Under the pieces are notes generated by a model. That model saw only the letters and a program-made list of their open reading frames with translations, was not told the origin of the DNA and ran no database searches. Below are positions 58,086 through 64,000 of a stretch of DNA of 64,000 nucleotides, piece by piece; position 1 is the first letter of the stretch; each line of letters begins with the position of its first letter. The stretch comes from Gemmatimonadota bacterium (GTDB taxonomy: Bacteria; Gemmatimonadota; Gemmatimonadetes; Longimicrobiales; Gaopeijiaceae), in the NCBI GenBank assembly GCA_034521595.1, contig JAXHMG010000002.1:160001-224000 (forward strand), read 5' to 3'. A program made the translations under genes and the position numbers.

Positions 58086-58916
58086 ATGACCTCGACCCCA
58101 CCCTGCATCGTGGTCGGTGCAACCGACCGTGGCCTTCGGCGCGCCCGTAACGAGGACAGCTTCACGGTCTTCCCCGAGCACGGCGTCGCTGTCGTCGCCG
58201 ACGGCATGGGTGGCCACCCCGGAGGTGACGTAGCAAGCGAGATCGCGGCCCGAACCACGGCCGACCGCCTCCGGCGCGTCTTCCCACACGGCTCGGAAAC
58301 GAACGACCCGGGAGCCGACCCCGCCACGTCTCCGTCCACGGACCACATTACACGGAAGACCCGGGAAAGAGCCATGAGACAATCGGTCCTCGACGCGCAC
58401 CAGGCGGTGCTGTCCCGTGGCCGCGCCGAGCCGTCGCTGACCGGCATGGGGACGACCACGACCGCGCTCGTCGTGGACGCGGATGCTGCCCGCTACACCG
58501 TCGGCAACGTGGGGGACTCGCGCGCGTACCTTCTGCGAGACGGGCGGCTCGAGCAACTCACTCGGGACGACACCCGACTCCAAGAGCTGATCGAAGCCGG
58601 CGCCGTCCGCCCTGAAGACGCCATGGGCCACCCGGAATCGCACATGCTCACGCAGTGCGTCGGGTTGGCGCCCGCGCCCGTGCCCCGGGTCGTCGAGGAT
58701 CGCACTCGCCCGGGCGACGTGTTCCTTCTCTGCTCGGACGGACTCATCGCGTGCCTCCGCGACACGGAGATCCGGGCGATTCTCACCCGGTCGCTCGACG
58801 GCACCGCGGCCGGAGCCGAACGTGCCGTGGCGCGCCTCATCGAGGAGACGAACGCCGCCGGTGGCGTGGACAACGTCACGGTCGTGGTGATCTCGATTCC
58901 GGAACACGACGCGTGA
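58086..58916 (+). CDS. PP2C/PPM Ser/Thr phosphatase
   Basis: RNED, VADGMGG, GMGTT, GDSRAY, LCSDGL, GGVDNVT. Confidence 0.95.
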   Translation: MTSTPPCIVVGATDRGLRRARNEDSFTVFPEHGVAVVADGMGGHPGGDVASEIAARTTADRLRRVFPHGSETNDPGADPATSPSTDHITRKTRERAMRQSVLDAHQAVLSRGRAEPSLTGMGTTTTALVVDADAARYTVGNVGDSRAYLLRDGRLEQLTRDDTRLQELIEAGAVRPEDAMGHPESHMLTQCVGLAPAPVPRVVEDRTRPGDVFLLCSDGLIACLRDTEIRAILTRSLDGTAAGAERAVARLIEETNAAGGVDNVTVVVISIPEHDA

Positions 58917-60189
58917 TGCGCTCCAAGACCCACTCCGGGGCGACCTCGCGCCGTTCGAAGGTGAACACGCGGAGAACCCGGGTCGTGGTGTAGAGCTCGC
59001 GCGTGACCTTGGGAAGGTCGAACAGCCCCGGCACACCGTCCGGGCCCGACCGCTCGACACCTCCGCCCCGCCGCTCGATCAACAGGTCGAGCTGAAACAT
59101 CGCCGCCTTCGCGGGGAAGTCCACCATGACCTCGCCGGACTCGAGACCGAGCTCCGTGGCGAGATCGTCCTCGATCGCCCGTTTCCAGGGCGAGGCGCCC
59201 ACGGCCCAGTCCTCGACCCGGCGTCCCTGGAGGTCGGCCGCGGTCAGCTCCACCGCCCGCTTCGGCAGGCGCCGGTGCCGGAGCGCGGGGAGCCACCGGG
59301 ACGCGATCCGCCCGGCCACCTCACCGTCGTCTTCGAGAGCCCGCCGTCCGATCTCGTACAGGAGCTCCTCATCGGTCGGCCCCACCAGCTCTTCCGGATC
59401 GAGCAATCCAGCGCTCACCGAATCCTCCACGATCCGCTTGTACAGCGCCGTCGCCGCGCGCACCGCGTGATGCCAGTACACGTTCCGGAACATCTGGTAT
59501 TTCGCGAACAGGAGTGATTCGAGCGCCGCGACTCCCTTCTCGTGAACGCCGACCTCGTACGCCCCCGACTCCGGGTCCCGGACGAGCACGAGCGCCTGGA
59601 GCAAGCGGGGCACGTCGACCTCACCGTACGGGACCCCGCAGAACCGGGCGTCCCGGCGCAGATACTCCATCTTGTCCAGATCCAGGCTGCCGCTGATCAG
59701 GCCCCGCAACGGCACCGTGCTCTGCCCGCTGATGAGCTGGTGGATGCGGTCGGCGGCCGCCAGACCGAGCGGGGCCAATGCGTCACGAAGGGCCGGAGCT
59801 CCGAAGAAGCGGCGTCCCGCCTCCTCGTGGTCACCGGGCACGTGATCGGCGTCGAGCTCCTCGAGCGCGTGTGAAAAGGGATAGTGGCCGATGTCGTGCA
59901 GGAGGGCGGCGTACGGCACCAGCTCCTCGTCCTCCCATGCTTCCGGCGGCACCCCACCTCGGTCCCTGAGCCGCTGCAGCGCCTGCACGGTCAGGTGGTA
60001 CACGCCGAGCGCGTGATCGAAGCGGGTGTGTGTCGCGCCCGGGTAGACGAGGTGGGTCCACCCGAGCTGACGGATGTAGCGGAGACGCTGAAACTCCGCT
60101 GTATCCACGATCCGCCGGGCCGTCGCGTCGAGCCGGATCGTGTTCCACAGCGGGTCACGAATGATCTTGCCTCGAGGTGTCGTGCTCAT
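58876..60189 (-). CDS. HD-domain phosphohydrolase (SAMHD1/dNTPase-like)
   Basis: FQRLRYIRQLG, HTRFDHALG, LLHDIGHYPFSH, DLDKMEYLRRD. Confidence 0.92.
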   Translation of the reverse strand: MSTTPRGKIIRDPLWNTIRLDATARRIVDTAEFQRLRYIRQLGWTHLVYPGATHTRFDHALGVYHLTVQALQRLRDRGGVPPEAWEDEELVPYAALLHDIGHYPFSHALEELDADHVPGDHEEAGRRFFGAPALRDALAPLGLAAADRIHQLISGQSTVPLRGLISGSLDLDKMEYLRRDARFCGVPYGEVDVPRLLQALVLVRDPESGAYEVGVHEKGVAALESLLFAKYQMFRNVYWHHAVRAATALYKRIVEDSVSAGLLDPEELVGPTDEELLYEIGRRALEDDGEVAGRIASRWLPALRHRRLPKRAVELTAADLQGRRVEDWAVGASPWKRAIEDDLATELGLESGEVMVDFPAKAAMFQLDLLIERRGGGVERSGPDGVPGLFDLPKVTRELYTTTRVLRVFTFERREVAPEWVLERITRRVPESRSPRP

Positions 60190-60415
60190 CGTGCTCTTCC
60201 GAGCTCGAAGGATGCCGCGGCCCGGATGCGCGTGGGTGCGTCCGCGGCGAAATAATCCACCTTCACCCCGGGAGTGGGGTCGGTCGATGGCATGGCGAGC
60301 CGGTGGCCGCCAGGCCCGCGACCCTCTATCTTCCCGAAGAAACCGCGAAAGCGCCAGCCCCCGTCTTCGGGCCCGTTGCCGCTCCGCATCCCACGCAGCC
60401 GATCCATCACGAACC

Positions 60416-61105
60416 GTGCACCCGAACCCGACGCTCCGCGAGCACGTCCATGCACTGGCGGAGAATCGTCCCGGCGTCTACCGGATGACGGCGCCCGACG
60501 GTCGACTCCTGTACGTCGGGAAGTCCGTACGGATTCGGAGCCGCCTCCTCTCCTACTTCACCGCGCCGCGCGGGGAAAAGGCATGGGAGCTGGTGCGCGA
60601 GATGCGGCAGATCCGTCGCGCCCAGCCGCGGTTCAACGTGCAACATCGGCGCAAGAAGATCTATGCTTTCGTGAAGATCACCCAGGAGTCGGCGCCGCGG
60701 CTCCTCCCGGTCTCCCGCATCGCGGCCGACGGCGCGAGCTATCTCGGCCCATTCCCCCGCATCGGAGCGGTGGCGCGAGCCGTGCGGGAGCTCGCGCACA
60801 CCCTGGGGCTCAGGGACTGTCCCGGCGACACGCCCGTCCGCTACCGAGACCAGCTCGAGCTCTTCCAGGGAGCCGGGTCCGTGCCGCGGTGCTTGCGTGC
60901 CGAGCTCCATACCTGCCTCGCGCCCTGTCGCGGCCGGCCCACGTTCGCCGAGTACCGGGATGCGGTCTCGCTTGCGGCGTTTCCGGGGCGAGCTCCCCTC
61001 GCCGAAGAGCGGGGTGGAGCGGGAGCGAGCCTCCGCCGCCGTCACCGAGGTCTACGGAGCGCCCGATCCCGGACCCGAAGCGCTCCCGACGGGGGCGGGC
61101 GGCAC
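60416..61105 (+). pseudogene. UvrC/Cho-like GIY-YIG nuclease, internally deleted and frameshifted
   Basis: PGVY...LYVGKS...RLLSYF, PRFN, YLGPF, Cys cluster; then a frame change near 60975, no UVR domain and no clean C-terminus. Confidence 0.7.
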
Positions 61106-62404
61106 TCAGCGGCTGACGCGCGCGCAGGCCCGTACCATCCGCTCCACGCCCTCCGCCACCTCGCCCGCCGAGATCAAGAGGGACGGGCCGATGCGGATCA
61201 CGTTCCCGTGCAGGCCGCCGGCCCCCACGAGCAGCCCCTCCTCGCGCGCCGCGTCGACCAGGGCCGCGGTCCGATCGGGATCGGGATCTCGTGACTCGCG
61301 GTCGCGGACCACCTCCATCCCGACCATCAGGCCCTTGCCACGGACCTCTCCGATCCACGGATGCTCCGCACGGAGCGCCTCGAGTCCGCTCCAGAGCTCA
61401 CGGCCACGCGCTTCGGCATTCGTCGGGGCGTCGTGCTCGACCAGCACGTCGAGCGTCGCCGACAGCGCGGCCATGGCCACGGGATTGCCTCCGAACGTGG
61501 AAATCGTGTTGCCGGACCACGCCTGCGCGATCTCGTCCGTGGTGGTCGTCGAGCCCGCCGGAAATCCTCCCGCCAGGCCCTTGGCCATCACCAGGATGTC
61601 GGGGACGACCCCGTCGTGCTCGACGCCGAACCAGTGCGAGCCGGTCCGGCCGAGACCGGCCTGCACCTCGTCCGCGATGAAAAGCCCCCCGTAGGAACGG
61701 ACGAGCTCGGCCGCCCGTCTCAGGTAGCCCTGCGGGGGAACGATGTATCCGGATACGCCCTGGATCGTCTCGGCGAGCAGCGCCGCGGGCCGCCCGTCCG
61801 TCGTGGTCACGATGACCTCCTCGAGCTCCTCCACGAGACGATCCACGCACGTCTCGTCGCACGGACGCCGGAACGGGCAGCGGTACGGATACGGGGCGCG
61901 GGCGTGCACCACGCCGTTCGCCGGTGCCGGAAGCGACCGGAAGGTCGGGTGCGCCGTGAGTCCCATTCCGAGCGCGGAGCGCCCGTGATAGCCTCCCCGG
62001 AGCGCCACGACCTCACGGCGCCCGGTGACCGCCCGAGCCAGAAACACCGCCGTCTCGATCGCCTCGGTGCCGGAGTTCGTGAAGAACGTGCGTTCCAGCC
62101 CGCCCGGAGCCAGATCGGCCACCCGTCGGGCCGCTTCCACGTGGGGCTCGGTCTCGTACAGCGTGGACACGTGCCCGAGTCGGCGCGCCTGCCCCTCGAC
62201 GGCCTCGATGAGGCGGGGATGGCAGTGCCCCAGAGAGGTCGTGAGGATCCCCGCGTACAGGTCGAGGTACTCGCGCCCATCCGTGTCCCACACCCACACG
62301 CCCTCCCCCCGGTCGAGGGTGAGCGGCTCGGCGTACAGGTGACGCATCGAAGGCCAGAGGTACTTCGCGCGTCCCTCCCGGATCCGTTCCGTCGTTCTCG
62401 TCAT
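61106..62404 (-). CDS. Class III PLP aminotransferase
   Basis: NSGTEA, YHG, FIADEVQAGLGRTG, MAKGLAGG, STFGGNP. Confidence 0.95.
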   Translation of the reverse strand: MTRTTERIREGRAKYLWPSMRHLYAEPLTLDRGEGVWVWDTDGREYLDLYAGILTTSLGHCHPRLIEAVEGQARRLGHVSTLYETEPHVEAARRVADLAPGGLERTFFTNSGTEAIETAVFLARAVTGRREVVALRGGYHGRSALGMGLTAHPTFRSLPAPANGVVHARAPYPYRCPFRRPCDETCVDRLVEELEEVIVTTTDGRPAALLAETIQGVSGYIVPPQGYLRRAAELVRSYGGLFIADEVQAGLGRTGSHWFGVEHDGVVPDILVMAKGLAGGFPAGSTTTTDEIAQAWSGNTISTFGGNPVAMAALSATLDVLVEHDAPTNAEARGRELWSGLEALRAEHPWIGEVRGKGLMVGMEVVRDRESRDPDPDRTAALVDAAREEGLLVGAGGLHGNVIRIGPSLLISAGEVAEGVERMVRACARVSR

Positions 62405-62429
62405 CCCTGGCCTCTCCCGACTCGCCCAC

Positions 62430-62888
62430 TCACAGCCCGGCCATCTCCTTCACCCGCTCGAACTCATCCGCTTCGACGGATTGCACGGAGAGCCGGCTGT
62501 AGCGCACCAGCTCCATGTCGGAGAGCCGCGGGTCGCCCTTGACGTCGGCCAGAGGCACGAAGTTGGGCGCCTTCGCCACGAACTCGATGTCCACCATGAA
62601 CCACCGCGGGTCGTCCTCGTCGGACTTCGGATCGTGGTAGGCGTGCTTCGGGTCGAACGCGAAATGGTCGGGGTACGCCTCTTTGCACACGCGGGCGAGT
62701 CCGGCCACCCCCGGAGGCTTGGCGTTGGAATGGTAGAAGAAGACTTCGTCTCCGACCTTCATCTTTTTCATGTTGTTGCGGGCCGCGTAGTTCCGCACTC
62801 CCTCCCAACACGTGGAGCCGTCGCGCTCCAGGTCGTCGATGGAATACACGTTCGGCTCCGACTTCATCAACCAGTACTGCTTCGCCAC
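62430..62888 (-). CDS. EVE domain protein
   Basis: YWLMKSEP, WEGVRNYAARN, FFYHS, SRLSVQ. Confidence 0.95.
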   Translation of the reverse strand: MAKQYWLMKSEPNVYSIDDLERDGSTCWEGVRNYAARNNMKKMKVGDEVFFYHSNAKPPGVAGLARVCKEAYPDHFAFDPKHAYHDPKSDEDDPRWFMVDIEFVAKAPNFVPLADVKGDPRLSDMELVRYSRLSVQSVEADEFERVKEMAGL

Positions 62889-63033
62889 GCTCCAACCTCC
62901 CGCATCCAGGGATCGCTTCCGTCACGACGCCCCCGATTACTCGAGCGCGTCGAGGCTGCCCAACGCCGCGTCGAGCGCGACGGAGCCCACCCAGACCGCC
63001 GCGGCCCTGGTCCACCGCGACCCGACCGGGCGA

Positions 63034-63223
63034 GGCCCGGAGGAACACGCTCCCGGAGAAGCGAGCGCCGCGCCCACGAATGGCCCGGGCCCACCCGGCT
63101 GACTCAACCCACCGCGCCTCCCCCGGGCCGCCCCACGACGCCCCGGCAGAACACGACGACCACGTAGCCCGACGACAACCCCCGCCGTCGCGCGAGCGCC
63201 GAGGGAGCGTGTTCCTCCGGGCC
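63034..63223. repeat. 190-bp segment bounded by perfect 21-bp inverted repeats
   Basis: GGCCCGGAGGAACACGCTCCC (63034-63054) and GGGAGCGTGTTCCTCCGGGCC (63203-63223). Confidence 0.85.
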
Positions 63224-63241
63224 ACCACCAAACCGGTAGGG

Positions 63242-64000
63242 TCAGACCCGCGCCGGCCCGATATCCACTTCGATATCCCGCCACCGCTCCCGCCGGAACA
63301 CCACCACGCTGAGCACGGCTCGCGAGCAGTGCCCCAGGACGATCGCCAGCCAGATGTGGTGGGCCTCCAGGGTACCGAAGCTCTGGATGGAGAAGCACAT
63401 GCCCAGGGGAAGGACGACCTGCGACAAGATGGAGATGTACATCGGACTCCTGGTGTCGCCCGTGCCCTGCAGCCCGCCCGTGTACGCGAGCGCCACGGTG
63501 ATGAAGAGTCCGGACACCGCGAGGTACCGGAGCAGCTCGACGCTGAGCGCGAGGACCACCTCGTCCTCCATGCCGAAGATGCTCAGCAGGACCTCGGGCA
63601 CCAACACGAAAGCCATGCCGATCGCGGCGGCGAGCATCAGCCCGAAGCCGGCCGCGGTCTGAACCGCGCGGCTGGCCCGCGCCGGCTGTCTCGCTCCCAG
63701 GTTCTGGCCGGCCACCGCCGCGGTGGCTCCCATGATCCCCACGGAGGTCCACGTGATGAAGGAGAAGAGCTGCGTGTAGCTCACCACGTACGCGGCCTGG
63801 GCCTGCGCGCTCACGGCGAGCGAGCCGACGAAGGCGAGAAGAAACACGCCGCCGATGTTCATCGCGACGCCCTGGATGCCGGTCGGAAGGCCGAACCGGA
63901 AGATCTCCCGGATGATGGCCCAGTCGGGACGGAGCCCCATGTCCCGGTGAAAGGCCACGACCCAACGCCCTTCGACGAGCCGCACGAAGGCGTATACCGT
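63242..64000 (-). CDS. MATE family efflux transporter, C-terminal part
   Basis: IFRFGLP, AGQNLGA, GGLQGTGDTRSPM; start lies beyond the window. Confidence 0.92.
   Translation of the reverse strand, partial: TVYAFVRLVEGRWVVAFHRDMGLRPDWAIIREIFRFGLPTGIQGVAMNIGGVFLLAFVGSLAVSAQAQAAYVVSYTQLFSFITWTSVGIMGATAAVAGQNLGARQPARASRAVQTAAGFGLMLAAAIGMAFVLVPEVLLSIFGMEDEVVLALSVELLRYLAVSGLFITVALAYTGGLQGTGDTRSPMYISILSQVVLPLGMCFSIQSFGTLEAHHIWLAIVLGHCSRAVLSVVVFRRERWRDIEVDIGPARV

Noticed and set aside
62937-63241. Small CDS ending ...ALDAALGSLDALE
   Set aside because: No convincing start or SD, and it crosses the IR cassette; a gene remnant cannot be excluded.

Overview
GC-rich (roughly 70% by eye), gene-dense bacterial chromosome segment of about 55 genes; gene content and style suggest Gemmatimonadota (inference). 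Most of it is housekeeping: speA, large NAD-glutamate dehydrogenase, sucA, trpE, ctaA, rsgA, two sigma factors, a BtuCDF/FecBCDE-type ABC importer and a minor-pilin cluster. I found no rRNA, tRNA, CRISPR array, transposase or recombinase. Best leads: (1) an OsmC-family gene split by an in-frame UGA at the catalytic Cys position and followed by a SECIS-like hairpin (probable selenoprotein); (2) a signal-peptide, His/Cys-rich upstream ORF ending in the ribosome-arrest motif RAPP ahead of a ZnuD-like TonB receptor and a His-rich lipoprotein (CruR/DUF2946-like metal sensing); (3) a single-chain SbcD-SbcC fusion with degenerate nuclease and ATPase motifs but an intact zinc hook; (4) two intergenic elements bounded by perfect 28-bp and 21-bp inverted repeats; (5) a candidate structured sRNA, a GGQ-less aeRF1 (Balon-like) protein and a His-less pseudo-histidine kinase. 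Two single-base frameshifts may be sequencing errors; a UvrC-like gene appears to carry internal deletions.
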